NCBI GenBank assembly: GCA_965552055.1
Contig: CBEVQO010000003.1
Location: 1 to 64,000, forward strand
Direction of reading: 5' to 3'
From: an uncultured bacterium
Lineage (GTDB): Bacteria; Hydrothermota; UBA3073; NMUJ01; CBEVQO01
DNA: 64,000 nucleotides
The notes beneath the pieces are model-generated. The model ran no database searches. It was given only the letters and a program-made list of their open reading frames with translations, and was not told the DNA's origin. The translations under genes were made by a program, and so were the position numbers. Below are positions 18,322 to 28,702 of this stretch, in pieces (positions within the stretch are counted from its first letter, which is position 1; every line of letters begins with the position of its first letter).

Positions 18322-19742
18322 ATTTCAACAGAAGGGAAAAATTTTGATATATTTTTTTGATGACGGTAATTCCAGACTTTATAAAATCCGAGATTTATTT
18401 TTGCTGATAAATATTTTGAGAATATCTGTATTCCTGCTGATATTTTTAATGATTTTTGTGTAGTTCCAAGTAAAAAGCCATTTCTTGGAGGCAGTTCGCT
18501 TTCCCATGTGAGATTCGTTTCCCCGTGTCTTACAAATTCAAAATCCAACAACAAATCTGATGAATAATTCAAATGTTTTGTGAAGTTTATTTTTAATTCG
18601 TCGAAATCAGATTTTCTTTTATGTCCCAGGGGATATGAGAGATAAAGATAGTAGTTTGCTTTTATCCAGTGGAAATATGTCCATGCATTTACTCTTGTGT
18701 AATTGATTTTTAGCAGTGAATTTTTTATTAAGGGGTCTGCAATTTTTATACCCATCGAGTATCCCACGGGTCCTGCTTCTTTTATATCTTCAAAAAATGG
18801 ATGTTTGGGGTCGGTAACAAATCCCACATCATCAATTAAGAAGTCGCACCACAATTTTAAATTTTTGAGATAAAGATAAAAGTCAAAATCCCAGTATAAA
18901 TCGTCGTCGTAATGCTTTAAGCCGAGTGCACCCCTGCCATAATGTATGTTATATTCTGCAAGTCGATAGATGGAAAATGGCAAAAAGTAAACCATAGCAG
19001 ATAATGCATCCTGACGAGCAAAAATAATACTTTCATTGGCACTCAAAAATAATCTATCTTTAAAAATTTTAACTTCAAGACGATGAAAAGATAGATATCT
19101 ATTTAAATCATACCTTGTTTCAAATGGATAAGGGTCAAGTGGTGCAAAAATAAGGGAATATCTAAAAAATTTGTGAGAATACGATAATAGAAAGATATCA
19201 AGCGGGAAATCATCTGCTGATAAAATTAAACCCTGTGAGACTTTAAGAGGAGTTCTACCAAATAAAAATCTGAAGGATTTAAAATTCAGGTCTATGTAAG
19301 ACATATATGAATCGATTCCGAGTACTGTATCAACGATAGTATCACCATTAACTACTTTTGGAGGGTAATGCCATGTTTTTGGTGGAAACTCCCTGGATTT
19401 ACCAAACTTCGTTATAAGCATGTAATGTAAATCAAAATAAGGTAAGATATAATAAAGTTCACCTGAAGGGAAAATTCTTTCCAGCGAATCTTTTATGAGT
19501 TTAAATCCCGCACATACTTTTAAATTTTTGTCCGTCTTTATTAAAAATTTCAACCTTTTGATTAAAATTTTTGAGGCTTTGTTTAAATTTTTTGATTCTA
19601 TTTTCGAAAGATTTTTCCTGATAATTCTCTGTGGGAATGGTTGAATAGATGTGAATGTTATAAGATTTATTCCTCTGATTTTTAGTTCGTCAACGAGCTC
19701 CGCATACGGGTTGAAGAAATTTATAAGAAGGATTACAATCAC
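18288..19742 (-). CDS. Outer-membrane protein, capsule assembly Wzi-like
   Basis: Signal-like N-terminus, FGR...GLILS, RYLSFHRLE, FLIDD, EYTRV-like NYTRVN, PLGH. Confidence 0.6.
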   Translation of the reverse strand: MIVILLINFFNPYAELVDELKIRGINLITFTSIQPFPQRIIRKNLSKIESKNLNKASKILIKRLKFLIKTDKNLKVCAGFKLIKDSLERIFPSGELYYILPYFDLHYMLITKFGKSREFPPKTWHYPPKVVNGDTIVDTVLGIDSYMSYIDLNFKSFRFLFGRTPLKVSQGLILSADDFPLDIFLLSYSHKFFRYSLIFAPLDPYPFETRYDLNRYLSFHRLEVKIFKDRLFLSANESIIFARQDALSAMVYFLPFSIYRLAEYNIHYGRGALGLKHYDDDLYWDFDFYLYLKNLKLWCDFLIDDVGFVTDPKHPFFEDIKEAGPVGYSMGIKIADPLIKNSLLKINYTRVNAWTYFHWIKANYYLYLSYPLGHKRKSDFDELKINFTKHLNYSSDLLLDFEFVRHGETNLTWESELPPRNGFLLGTTQKSLKISAGIQIFSKYLSAKINLGFYKVWNYRHQKNISKFFPSVEIYLSTYFSMTE

Positions 19743-19747
19743 GCTAA

Positions 19748-19808
19748 ATTATAATTGAAATATTATTTTGGCAAGTTTTTATTGACAATGAAGAGAAAAT
19801 TGTATAAT
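19748..19808. promoter_or_regulatory. Back-to-back divergent promoters, both with 15-bp spacers
   Basis: Minus: TTGCCA(19774-19769)-N15-TATAAT(19753-19748), GTG 19742; plus: TTGACA(19782)-N15-TATAAT(19803-19808), ATG 19817. Confidence 0.75.
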
Positions 19809-19816
19809 AAGAGCTG

Positions 19817-20254
19817 ATGAGATGGTTTTCTCATCCTCTGGTTGAAAATAAAAAAAGGAGTGTGATTTTATTTTTGTTCCTTTGCGGTATTTTTTATTTT
19901 ACTTATCTTTATTATGGATTGAGCTGGATGTTTTTTGTTATGCTGGTTTTATTTTTGTCTCTTTTTTCTTATTTTGTTCCGACCGAATATATTTTTACTG
20001 AGCAGGAAATCATAATAAAGGGTCTTTTATTTGAGCGTAAGTTTTTGTGGTCTCATTTTAAAAGATATTATGTTGATAATAGGGGCATTTTTTTATCTCC
20101 ATTTTCAAATCCTACACGGCTTGAGAACTTTCGCGGAGTATACATAAGGTTTGGAAAGGGGGACAGGGATGCGATTATCCGCTTCGTTAAAAGAAAAATT
20201 GATGAGAGAAGCTTTGCGACTTGCGAAGAAAGGAGTAGGGAGGACAAGTCCTAA
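19817..20254 (+). CDS. Hypothetical membrane protein (two TM helices plus PH-like domain)
   Basis: Promoter directly upstream; TM segments; GIFLSPF...RLENFRGVYIRF. Confidence 0.7.
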   Translation: MRWFSHPLVENKKRSVILFLFLCGIFYFTYLYYGLSWMFFVMLVLFLSLFSYFVPTEYIFTEQEIIIKGLLFERKFLWSHFKRYYVDNRGIFLSPFSNPTRLENFRGVYIRFGKGDRDAIIRFVKRKIDERSFATCEERSREDKS

Positions 20255-21233
20255 TCCAGCGGTAGGAGCAGTTCTCTATAAAGATGGCAGAATTATAGCA
20301 AGAGGCTGGCATAAGGGAAAAGGAAAGCCGCATGCAGAAGCTGAAGCAATTGAAAGAGCAGGTAAAGAGGCGAAAGGTGCTATTTTGTTCGTAACACTTG
20401 AGCCATGTTGCCACTGGGGAGCAACACCACCCTGTACCAGAAAAATAATAGAAGCAGGAATAAAGAAAGTTTTCGTAGGTATGATAGACCCAAATCCTGT
20501 TGTTAAAGGAAAAGGAATAAAAGAATTGCAAGACGCGGGTATAGAAGTAGAAATAGGGATACTTGAAGAAGAAGTTCGAAAAATAAATGAGCCTTACATA
20601 AAATTTATGGAAAAGGGGATACCTTTTGTTGCCTTAAAAATTGCTTCGACACTCGATGGTAAAATAGCCCTATCAACAGGTGAATCCAGATGGATAACAT
20701 GCGAAGAATCAAGGAAATATGTTCATAGGTTGAGAAAAATTTATGATGCCGTGCTTGTGGGAGTAGGCACCATTTTGAAGGATAATCCACATCTAAATGT
20801 AAGATTGATAAAGGGAAGAAATCCTTATCGTATAATACTGGATACCAATTTAAGGACTCCTGAAAATGCGAATGTTTTGGGTGATAAATGTATAATTTGT
20901 ACAAAGGAGAAAAAAGATTTTAAAGGAGCTGAAATTTGGGAGATAAAAGAAGAAAAAGAAGGTTTTCTCGATTTGAATGATGTTTTAAAGAAATGTGGAG
21001 AAAAAGGCATTCTGAGTATTTTGGTAGAAGGTGGTCAAAAAGTGTTTACATCTTTTATTCGGAAAGATTTGTTTGATGTTATCTATCTCTTCATTTCTCC
21101 TAAAATTATGGGAAAAGGAATATCTTTTTGTGATTTTGAAATAAATGCTTTAAGTGAATGCAAGGAATTAAAAGTTAAAAAGGTTAAAAAAGTAGGTGAT
21201 GATTTACTACTGATATTGAGGAAGGCATTTTAA
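20169..21233 (+). CDS. ribD: Riboflavin biosynthesis deaminase/reductase
   Basis: TSPNPAVGAV, HAE, TLEPCCHWGATPPC, STLDGKIA, VEGG; start could also be 20202. Confidence 0.95.
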   Translation: MRLSASLKEKLMREALRLAKKGVGRTSPNPAVGAVLYKDGRIIARGWHKGKGKPHAEAEAIERAGKEAKGAILFVTLEPCCHWGATPPCTRKIIEAGIKKVFVGMIDPNPVVKGKGIKELQDAGIEVEIGILEEEVRKINEPYIKFMEKGIPFVALKIASTLDGKIALSTGESRWITCEESRKYVHRLRKIYDAVLVGVGTILKDNPHLNVRLIKGRNPYRIILDTNLRTPENANVLGDKCIICTKEKKDFKGAEIWEIKEEKEGFLDLNDVLKKCGEKGILSILVEGGQKVFTSFIRKDLFDVIYLFISPKIMGKGISFCDFEINALSECKELKVKKVKKVGDDLLLILRKAF

Positions 21234-21652
21234 ATATATTTTTGCATTATATAGCCGTCTTCATCCATGTAATAGCCTTTTACTCTTTTTTTGATTTTAA
21301 AGCCGTGTTTTTTATAAAGATTTATTGCAGGTATATTTGACACCCTTACTTCAAGGGTTAAAAATTTTTTCTTCTGTCTTTTGGCTTCTTTTTCTGTTTC
21401 TTCCAGTAGTTTAGATGCGATTCCTTTTCTTCTGTATGATGGCTTAACTGCCAGATTTAAAATGTGAACTTCATCTTTGTGAAAATGGCTAATTATATAA
21501 CCAAGTATTTCTTCGTTTTCTTCGTATAATAAGCAAAAACTTTCTTCCAGAAAGCAGGTGCAAAGAAAAAGATTTATAGACCATGGAGATTTAAAAGAAA
21601 CTCTCTCTATTTCATAAATTTGTGGTAAATCTTTTTCTTCTATTTTTCTGAT
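21230..21652 (-). CDS. rimI: Ribosomal protein S18 alanine N-acetyltransferase (no ATG/GTG/TTG start; missing from ORF track)
   Basis: Hand translation IRKIEEKDLPQIYEIERVSFKSPWS...EVHILNLAVKPSYRRKGIASKLL...LTLEVRVSNIPAINLYKKHGF...KGYY.DEDGYIM; frame intact for 140 codons. Confidence 0.85.
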   Translation of the reverse strand: MRKIEEKDLPQIYEIERVSFKSPWSINLFLCTCFLEESFCLLYEENEEILGYIISHFHKDEVHILNLAVKPSYRRKGIASKLLEETEKEAKRQKKKFLTLEVRVSNIPAINLYKKHGFKIKKRVKGYYMDEDGYIMQKYI

Positions 21653-23334
21653 TAGCGCAATGTTCCGTGATAATGGGTTGTTAGCTGACGCTCTTTGACA
21701 TGTTCGGGAGTGTAGTTTGGCAATAACACAGGGGATATTCTTTCTTTTGGAATATCTCCCAGTTCATCCAGTTGTTTTACATATTCTTTTACATGATTCA
21801 ATGTTAGTTTTCCGGGTTTCAATTTTTTAGCCAGTTCTGCTGCTTTTATTCCTGCTCTTCTTCCATATGCTGTGCAGTCAAGTAAGGAATTTCCCATCAA
21901 TCTGTTTTTGCCATGCACTCCACCTGATACTTCACCGGCACATAAGAGACCCGTGATATTTGTTTCGCACCATTCGTTTATCTCTACTCCACCATTTTGA
22001 TAATGTAAAGTCGGATAAACTAAAATGGGTTCCTTGGATATGTCAATACCGTATCTTCTGAATTGCCTTGCCATTGCAGGGAAGCTTTTTTCGATTGTTC
22101 CTTTGCCATAAAGCATATCAATGAGAGGTGTATCGAGCCATATTCCAACTCTACCTGCAGGCGTTGTTATTCCCTTTTTTCGTTCGAGACATTCTCTCAT
22201 ATAAGAAGAAGCTTCGACATCACGGGGTTCGAGTGGATAAACAAATAATTCTCCATCAACATTGACAGGCTGTGCTCCAAATGACCTTAGTTTTTCTGTG
22301 CAAAGATAACCTGCAATTTGTTCGGGGAATACAGCACCTGTTGGATGATACTGTACAGCATCCATATCGCGCAATTTGGCACCTGCTCTGTAGGCAAGAA
22401 CAAGTCCGTCAGCTGTTGCACCGTAATGATTTGTTGTGGCGAAACCTCTTATATGGAGACGACCAAAACCTCCTGTTGCAAGTACAACGACTTTTGATTT
22501 TACAATAAAATATTCTTCTGTATCAAAATTATAAAGAATTGCTCCGCATACTTTTCCTTCATCATCTTTTATCAATTCAACTGCAGGCGAAAATTCAATT
22601 ACTGTAATTTTATCTGGATGGCTTAAAACTTCGTCTTTCAGGGCTCTCATTATTGCACCACCTGTGTAATCTTTTGCAAAATGGAGCCTTTTTCTACAAG
22701 TTCCGCCTGCTGTTTCCACATGCATCCTGCCGTCAGGGTCTCTATCGAACATTACTCCGAGGTCATTCAACCATTGCACTACTTTTGGCGCATCCAGCAC
22801 GAGTGCTTTAACGAGTTCAGGTTTATTTGCCCATCTTCCGCCACCCATTGTATCAAGAAAATGAATAACAGGCGAATCATAATCTTTTTCCGATGCCTGA
22901 ATGCCTCCCTGTGCCATCATTGTGTTAGCATCGCCAAATCTCAATTTTGTAGCAAGAACTACCTTTGCACCGTTTTCGGCAGCAAGAAGCGATGCAGCAG
23001 CACCTGCACCTCCACCACCAATTACAAGGACATCTGTTTCTATTTCTATTTTTGATAAGTCTATTCTATCGGGGTCAATTCTTGGATAACTTTCAAGAAT
23101 ATCGGCTATTTCGCAAACTATTTTTTCACCTTTATTTGGACCTATTCTGACTTCTCTTAAACTTTCTGGCTGATAATCTGGGTGAAATTTTCGCAAAATT
23201 CTGTTTCGCTCTTCTTCAGACATTCGCGGATAAACAGGAGTTCCTGTTTCTCTCCATTTTAATGCTTTTTTAAATCTTTCGGGTCTTGTTTTTTCAACCT
23301 TTTTTATGGATTCACGCATATAATCAGGGTACAT
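21652..23334 (-). CDS. Fumarate reductase/succinate dehydrogenase/NadB-family flavoprotein
   Basis: GGGGAG, MAQGG, VQYHPTG, PRDV, HYQNGG, HGKNRLMGNSL. Confidence 0.88.
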   Translation of the reverse strand: MYPDYMRESIKKVEKTRPERFKKALKWRETGTPVYPRMSEEERNRILRKFHPDYQPESLREVRIGPNKGEKIVCEIADILESYPRIDPDRIDLSKIEIETDVLVIGGGGAGAAASLLAAENGAKVVLATKLRFGDANTMMAQGGIQASEKDYDSPVIHFLDTMGGGRWANKPELVKALVLDAPKVVQWLNDLGVMFDRDPDGRMHVETAGGTCRKRLHFAKDYTGGAIMRALKDEVLSHPDKITVIEFSPAVELIKDDEGKVCGAILYNFDTEEYFIVKSKVVVLATGGFGRLHIRGFATTNHYGATADGLVLAYRAGAKLRDMDAVQYHPTGAVFPEQIAGYLCTEKLRSFGAQPVNVDGELFVYPLEPRDVEASSYMRECLERKKGITTPAGRVGIWLDTPLIDMLYGKGTIEKSFPAMARQFRRYGIDISKEPILVYPTLHYQNGGVEINEWCETNITGLLCAGEVSGGVHGKNRLMGNSLLDCTAYGRRAGIKAAELAKKLKPGKLTLNHVKEYVKQLDELGDIPKERISPVLLPNYTPEHVKERQLTTHYHGTLR

Positions 23335-23336
23335 AT

Positions 23337-24020
23337 CTACTCCTTTCTAAACTCCCAGTATTTCTTTTCCCATACTTCTTTTCCTTCTTTTATAAGATTA
23401 TCCAATTCTTTTTCCCATTTTCCTTCTTCTATTTCTTTAATTCTTTTCTCGAGTTCCGGGCTCTTTGGCATCATATATCTTGCGTACAATCTACGAGCAA
23501 GTAATCCTGCTTCAAAAGGTACAATTTCTGCCGGGCATCTCATTGCGCATATACCACACATTATGCAGTCGAAGGATATTTCAGCAGCCTGTGCGATATC
23601 GCCCCTTATCAATGCCTGCACATAATCCATTACCTTTATCTCCTGGGGACATGCTTTGGTACAGGTATTGCACGCGAGGCATCTGAAAATCGCGGGGAAT
23701 AATTTTTTGAAAGTTTCAATATCTGGCTTCAATTCTTCTATTTTGTAAAGGGGACGCTGAGTAGGTGTGAAGGGAATTTGAGTAAGCTCCATGTTTGGCT
23801 GGACAACCGTTCCGCATGCGAGACCTACTTTTAATTTGTAATCCCCTGGCAACCTATAAACCGTGGTACAAGCACCACAGAAGCCCTCTCTACAGCCAAC
23901 ACCCCTTATAAGCTGGAAGCCAGCGTACTCGAGCGCACCTATTATCGTGGAGCCTTCTGGCACATAATATTTCTTACCCATTATATAAACAGGTATTAAT
24001 TTTGCCTTACCCTCACTCAT
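23337..24020 (-). CDS. 2Fe-2S plus 4Fe-4S dicluster iron-sulfur subunit
   Basis: GCREGFCGAC, CLACNTCTKACP, CIMCGICAMRCP; start at 24020 inferred from the promoter. Confidence 0.85.
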   Translation of the reverse strand: MSEGKAKLIPVYIMGKKYYVPEGSTIIGALEYAGFQLIRGVGCREGFCGACTTVYRLPGDYKLKVGLACGTVVQPNMELTQIPFTPTQRPLYKIEELKPDIETFKKLFPAIFRCLACNTCTKACPQEIKVMDYVQALIRGDIAQAAEISFDCIMCGICAMRCPAEIVPFEAGLLARRLYARYMMPKSPELEKRIKEIEEGKWEKELDNLIKEGKEVWEKKYWEFRKE

Positions 24021-24027
24021 TTCAACC

Positions 24028-24054
24028 ATTATAATCAAAATATGAGTTTGTCAA
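24028..24054 (-). promoter_or_regulatory. sigma70-like promoter, 15-bp spacer
   Basis: TTGACA(24054-24049)-N15-TATAAT(24033-24028). Confidence 0.75.
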
Positions 24055-24066
24055 GGACAAAATGAT

Positions 24067-24245
24067 AAATTTTTAATGCGAGCGTGAGCGAGCCCATTAC
24101 ATAATGGGTTGATATGTCAGCCCATTACGGGTTTTTGGGTTACTTGGGTGTTTACGCTTTATCTTCTGATTGCGTTTAAAGAAGGGGTATTAGTGGGCTG
24201 ACTTAATCGGGAAGGTGGGGACAGCGGAGGCGGGGCTAAAAATTT
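24067..24245 (+). repeat. Structured intergenic element, copy 4 (divergent middle)
   Basis: AAATTTTTAATGCGAGCGTGAGCGAGC head; GTCAGCCCATTA...TAGTGGGCTGAC stem; GGTGGGGACAGCGGAGGCGGGGCTAAAAATTT tail. Confidence 0.85.
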
Positions 24246-24258
24246 TAAATATTTTTTA

Positions 24259-24285
24259 TTTACAAAACAGATAATCTATTAAAAT
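24259..24285 (+). promoter_or_regulatory. sigma70-like promoter, 15-bp spacer
   Basis: TTTACA-N15-TAAAAT; GTG at 24291. Confidence 0.6.
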
Positions 24286-24290
24286 AATTT

Positions 24291-25100
24291 GTGGATAAAG
24301 TTTTAAAGGGCAAACCTGTTGTTCAAAAAATAGTGGAGGAATTAAATTTTGAAAAGAAAAAGTTCCTGCAATGTTTGATGATAGGTGAAGAGCCTTCTTC
24401 TCTCATTTATTATAAATCTCTGGAAAAAGTTGCAAGAAAATTAAATGTCGATATTGGATTGGAAAAAGTGGATAAAAATGTAAACGAGGAGAAACTTATT
24501 GAATTTATTAAAGAATTGCAATCAAATTGTGATGGCTTTTTGTTGTTCCGTCCCATTCCTCCGAAATTCGATGCTATAAAGGTTTATTCAACGATAGATG
24601 TTGATAAAGATGTTGATTGCACAAATCCTTTAAATCTTGGCAAATTATTTCTGGGTAAAAGTAAAGTTTTTCCTTCCACGCCTCTTGCAGTTATGAAAAT
24701 GATTGAATATTACAATATTGATGTGAGTGGCAAAAATGTTGTTGTTATAGGCAGGAGCGATACCGTTGGAAAACCATTATCTCTTATGCTACTTCAGAGG
24801 GGTATGGATGCGACGGTTACCGTTTGCCATACGAAAACAAGGGATTTAACAGAACATACTTTAAAAGCGGATATTTTAATAGTTGCTGCAGGCAAACCAA
24901 AATTGATAAAAAGCAACATGATAAAAGATGGAGCAATAATAATAGATGTCGGAATAAATGTAGTTGATGATAAAATAGTGGGAGATGTGGATTTTGAAGA
25001 TTGTTATGAACATGTTTCTGCAATTACTCCTGTGCCAGGTGGAGTTGGTGCTGTTACAAGATATTGCTTATTTTTGAATTTATATAATCTCAGCAAATAG
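24291..25100 (+). CDS. folD: Methylene-THF dehydrogenase/cyclohydrolase
   Basis: KDVD, GRSDTVGKP, ATVTVCH, IDVGIN, GDVDF, ITPVPGGVG. Confidence 0.92.
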   Translation: MDKVLKGKPVVQKIVEELNFEKKKFLQCLMIGEEPSSLIYYKSLEKVARKLNVDIGLEKVDKNVNEEKLIEFIKELQSNCDGFLLFRPIPPKFDAIKVYSTIDVDKDVDCTNPLNLGKLFLGKSKVFPSTPLAVMKMIEYYNIDVSGKNVVVIGRSDTVGKPLSLMLLQRGMDATVTVCHTKTRDLTEHTLKADILIVAAGKPKLIKSNMIKDGAIIIDVGINVVDDKIVGDVDFEDCYEHVSAITPVPGGVGAVTRYCLFLNLYNLSK

Positions 25101-26136
25101 AGAGAATACTTTGGGAAATCGTAATATCAAACTTTTTTAGTTCTTCCAGTATTTCTTTAAAAAGTTCCTCTTTTTCTCCGATTTTTTCGAGTGGAATTAT
25201 TCCTTTACCTTTTATTTTGCCTTCGATTATCTTTTTTGTTATCACTGCGGATGTAAAACCCGTTGTCCTTGACATTGCACTCAATTTCTCCTTCCTATCA
25301 TAATAATCTATCATGTTATATTCGATGCATTCTTTTTCTGATTTTGCTATTACTCTAAATAGCACCATATCTTCGATTTCTTTATTTACATACTCATTGA
25401 AAATTTTTAGCAATTCATCTTCGGGTGTATTTTTTATGAATTCCGCATGTCCTTTATATCTTATCGTTTTTTCGCACATATTTTCTATGTCGAGTGTATG
25501 CAAAAGAGTACGCAACCCATCAGTATAGAAACATTCAAATTTGCCCATGGGAAATTCTATTTCTTCGATACCTGTAAGTGGAGGCACTGTCTTTAAGATA
25601 CCATTTTCTTTTATTTTAACATATCTCTTATATTCGCTGAGTAAATCTTCGGGATTAAATGTGACGCATAAATTTAAAGGAGGATTTTCTTCTTTTGGTA
25701 TACCGCCGACATAAATTTTTATTGTATGAGGTGAGATTTTTGCACAGGCATTCCCCGCACACAAGTTTGACAAACCAGGAGCCAATCCAGCATCAGGTAT
25801 TACGAAAATGCCCGAATGCTTAATATCTTCTTCAAATTCATAAACATCTTCCTGCATGAAAGATATATCAACGAGATTCCTTTTCGATTCGATAGCGCAT
25901 TCTAAAATATATTTTCCATAGCGGGAAGGTAAAGCATTGATAAGTAAATCGTAATTTTTGAGTAAATTTTTGAATCTTTTTCTGTCATTTACATCGATCA
26001 GTATTTTATTTCTTCCTTTAAACTTTTTGAGATTTTCTTTTGAGTTATCACATACAGCCGTATTTATTTTCCAGTTTAAAAGGGTATTTGCGATTACAGA
26101 GCCCTGTTTTCCACAGCCGATTACAAGGACCCTCAT
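25090..26136 (-). CDS. Saccharopine dehydrogenase-family protein, lysine 6-dehydrogenase-like
   Basis: [46 protein letters not shown]. Confidence 0.75.
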   Translation of the reverse strand: MRVLVIGCGKQGSVIANTLLNWKINTAVCDNSKENLKKFKGRNKILIDVNDRKRFKNLLKNYDLLINALPSRYGKYILECAIESKRNLVDISFMQEDVYEFEEDIKHSGIFVIPDAGLAPGLSNLCAGNACAKISPHTIKIYVGGIPKEENPPLNLCVTFNPEDLLSEYKRYVKIKENGILKTVPPLTGIEEIEFPMGKFECFYTDGLRTLLHTLDIENMCEKTIRYKGHAEFIKNTPEDELLKIFNEYVNKEIEDMVLFRVIAKSEKECIEYNMIDYYDRKEKLSAMSRTTGFTSAVITKKIIEGKIKGKGIIPLEKIGEKEELFKEILEELKKFDITISQSILSIC

Positions 26137-27413
26137 TCTGATTGTGTCATGCTTTCGAGAAATTCTTTGTTATCTTTGGTTCTCTCCATTCTTGTTTTCA
26201 AAAATTCCATTGCTTCAACTGGATTCATTTCTTTAAGAATCCTTCTCAGAATATAAACTCTATTTAGTTCTTTTTCATTTAAAAGTAGTTCTTCCTTTCT
26301 TGTGCCTGATTTTATCAAATGTATTGCAGGGAAGATTCTTCTGTCTGACAGTTCTCTATCGAGTACAAGTTCCATATTTCCTGTTCCTTTAAATTCTTCA
26401 AAAATTACTTCATCCATTTTACTTCCTGTCTCTATTAAAGCAGTGCCAATTATTGTGAGTGAGCCACCTTCTTCTGTATCCCTTGCAGCTCCGAAAAAGC
26501 GTTTTGGACCCGTAAGTGCTGTTGCTTCGATACCGCCTGATAATGTCTTGCCACTATGTGGTGTTTCCGCATTGTAAGCCCTTGCCAATCTTGTTATTGA
26601 ATCGAGCAGTATCATTACATCTCTTCCCGCTTCCACAAGGCGTTTTGCTCTCTCCAACACGATTTCCGCTACCGCGATGTGACGAACAGGTGGCATATCG
26701 AAGGTAGAGCTAATGATTTCGGCTTCGGGCACTACCCTGCGCATGTCTGTGACTTCTTCGGGTCTTTCATCTATCAACAAAATTATTAATTTTATCTCCG
26801 GATGATTTTCTATCACACTTCTTGCTATTTTCTGTAGTAGAATTGTTTTTCCTGCTTTGGGAGGAGAGACGATTAATCCTCTTTGTCCTTTTCCAATGGG
26901 TGTGAATAAATCCATAATTCTCATTGATATGTCTCCATCGGATCTCTCGAGTCGTATCTTTTTAGAAGGGTATAACGGGGTTAATTTTTCAAAAGGTATT
27001 CGATTTTTGGCTTTATCAGGGTCTTCAAAATTAACGGCTTCAATTTTTATGAGCTCTCTGAGTAACCTTTGGTTATCAGTATCGGGATGCTTTACCCATC
27101 CGAGTATTAAGTCGCCTTTCTTCAGGTTATACTCGTATACCATATCCATAGGCACATAAACATCGTAGTTACTTGTGTAATAGTCGTATTGTGGGAATCT
27201 TAGAAATGCGTTTATCTTTTGAGTTTCCTTATTTCTTACGATATCGAGTACTCCTTCTTCGAGTTCGTATCCTTCTTTAGCAGCTTGAAATTCCAGTATC
27301 TTTTTGATTAAGTAGTAATTTGGCTTTTTATTTACCTCTACGCCGAGTTCGGACGCAATTCTCTCCAGCTGGTGTCTCTCTTTTTGCTTTAATTCACCAA
27401 ATGTGTATCCCAT
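26133..27413 (-). CDS. rho: Transcription termination factor Rho
   Basis: [54 protein letters not shown]. Confidence 0.97.
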   Translation of the reverse strand: MGYTFGELKQKERHQLERIASELGVEVNKKPNYYLIKKILEFQAAKEGYELEEGVLDIVRNKETQKINAFLRFPQYDYYTSNYDVYVPMDMVYEYNLKKGDLILGWVKHPDTDNQRLLRELIKIEAVNFEDPDKAKNRIPFEKLTPLYPSKKIRLERSDGDISMRIMDLFTPIGKGQRGLIVSPPKAGKTILLQKIARSVIENHPEIKLIILLIDERPEEVTDMRRVVPEAEIISSTFDMPPVRHIAVAEIVLERAKRLVEAGRDVMILLDSITRLARAYNAETPHSGKTLSGGIEATALTGPKRFFGAARDTEEGGSLTIIGTALIETGSKMDEVIFEEFKGTGNMELVLDRELSDRRIFPAIHLIKSGTRKEELLLNEKELNRVYILRRILKEMNPVEAMEFLKTRMERTKDNKEFLESMTQSE

Positions 27414-27416
27414 GGC

Positions 27417-28340
27417 TTATAAACATTCTTCTTTCTTCAATAACCTTTCCCATTTTTCATCTACTATTTTTTGCAATTCATCTATTAAATGACGATTTTG
27501 TGGAGTAAATAAATGTTTGAAACGACCCTGCATTTTTAACCATTCTTCTACCTTTACCTCCTTTTTTGGCTTGTAATTTATCTTGTATTTGCCGTTTTCG
27601 ACCTCATAAAGAGGCCAGTATTTTGATTCTACGGCTATCCTTGCTACTTCTATTGTAAGGTCCGATGGGAATCTCCATCCCAGTGGACACGGACAAATCA
27701 CATTTATGAAAGTTGGTCCCTCTATACTTAATGCTTTTTCTACTTTTCTTATCAGGTCCATGGGATGCGAAGGTGATGCCTGTGCTGCATAGGGTACATC
27801 GTGTGCTACTACGATTTCCGTTAAGTCTTTTCTGTTTTGTGTTTTACCAGGTATTACTCTTCCTGCAGGAGAGGTGGTTGTGTGAGCACCCTTTGGAGTA
27901 GCGCTCGAACGCTGTATCCCTGTATTCATATATGCTTCGTTGTTGTAGCATACATATAAGAAATCGTGCCCCCTTTCGAGTGCACCGGACAATGCCTGCA
28001 ACCCTATATCATATGTTCCACCGTCTCCACCGAATGCAATGAAATTTATTTTCTTTTTGATTTTGCCTTTCTTTTTGAGCAATCTGTAGTAAGCTTCTAC
28101 TCCTGCTATCGCTGCAGCAGCGTTTTCAAACGCAACATGGAGAAGAGGCACTTTCCAGCTGGTATATGGGAAAATCGTGCTTACAACTTCCATACAGCCT
28201 GTTGCAATAGTACAAACGGTATCTTTACCTGCTGTTAGCAAAATCTGTCGCAAAGTAATTGCTGCCCCGCATCCTGCGCATGCACGATGCCCAGATACAA
28301 AAATTTCTTCCCTTTGTGCAAGTTCTTTTAAAGTTGCCAT
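27417..28340 (-). CDS. porB: Pyruvate:ferredoxin oxidoreductase beta (TPP) subunit
   Basis: GHRACAGCG, GGDGGTYDIG, YMNTGIQRS, CPLGW. Confidence 0.92.
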   Translation of the reverse strand: MATLKELAQREEIFVSGHRACAGCGAAITLRQILLTAGKDTVCTIATGCMEVVSTIFPYTSWKVPLLHVAFENAAAAIAGVEAYYRLLKKKGKIKKKINFIAFGGDGGTYDIGLQALSGALERGHDFLYVCYNNEAYMNTGIQRSSATPKGAHTTTSPAGRVIPGKTQNRKDLTEIVVAHDVPYAAQASPSHPMDLIRKVEKALSIEGPTFINVICPCPLGWRFPSDLTIEVARIAVESKYWPLYEVENGKYKINYKPKKEVKVEEWLKMQGRFKHLFTPQNRHLIDELQKIVDEKWERLLKKEECL

Positions 28341-28341
28341 T

Positions 28342-28692
28342 TCAACCTCCTATTTTATATTCTTTAAAGATTTTGTCTGCAATTTGAAAGCCCCTTGCTA
28401 CATCATCGAGTGTCATTTCTCTGTTTTCTTTAATAGCCCTTGATACAGCATAAACCATAGCCAGCATAGTTTTTCGCTCTTCCTTTAAAATTCTTTCAGT
28501 ATTTCTTCTTTCTTCCTCAACTATTTTTTTAGTATTTTCGCGTTCCTCTTTTAAAAGTTGTTGAGTATTTTCGCGATTCACTGCGATTATTTTTTCTCTG
28601 TCTTTTCTTGATATGAGATAAGTTGCAATAATACCGATTATAAGTGTCAGAGTTGGGGCAATTATTGCTCCTATTAAAATAGAAGGCATCAT
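28342..28692 (-). CDS. Hypothetical TM plus coiled-coil protein inside the por operon
   Basis: Own SD (GGAGG), N-terminal TM, ERENTxxI-type 11-aa repeats. Confidence 0.7.
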   Translation of the reverse strand: MMPSILIGAIIAPTLTLIIGIIATYLISRKDREKIIAVNRENTQQLLKEERENTKKIVEEERRNTERILKEERKTMLAMVYAVSRAIKENREMTLDDVARGFQIADKIFKEYKIGG

Positions 28693-28702
28693 TTCTAACC
28701 TC

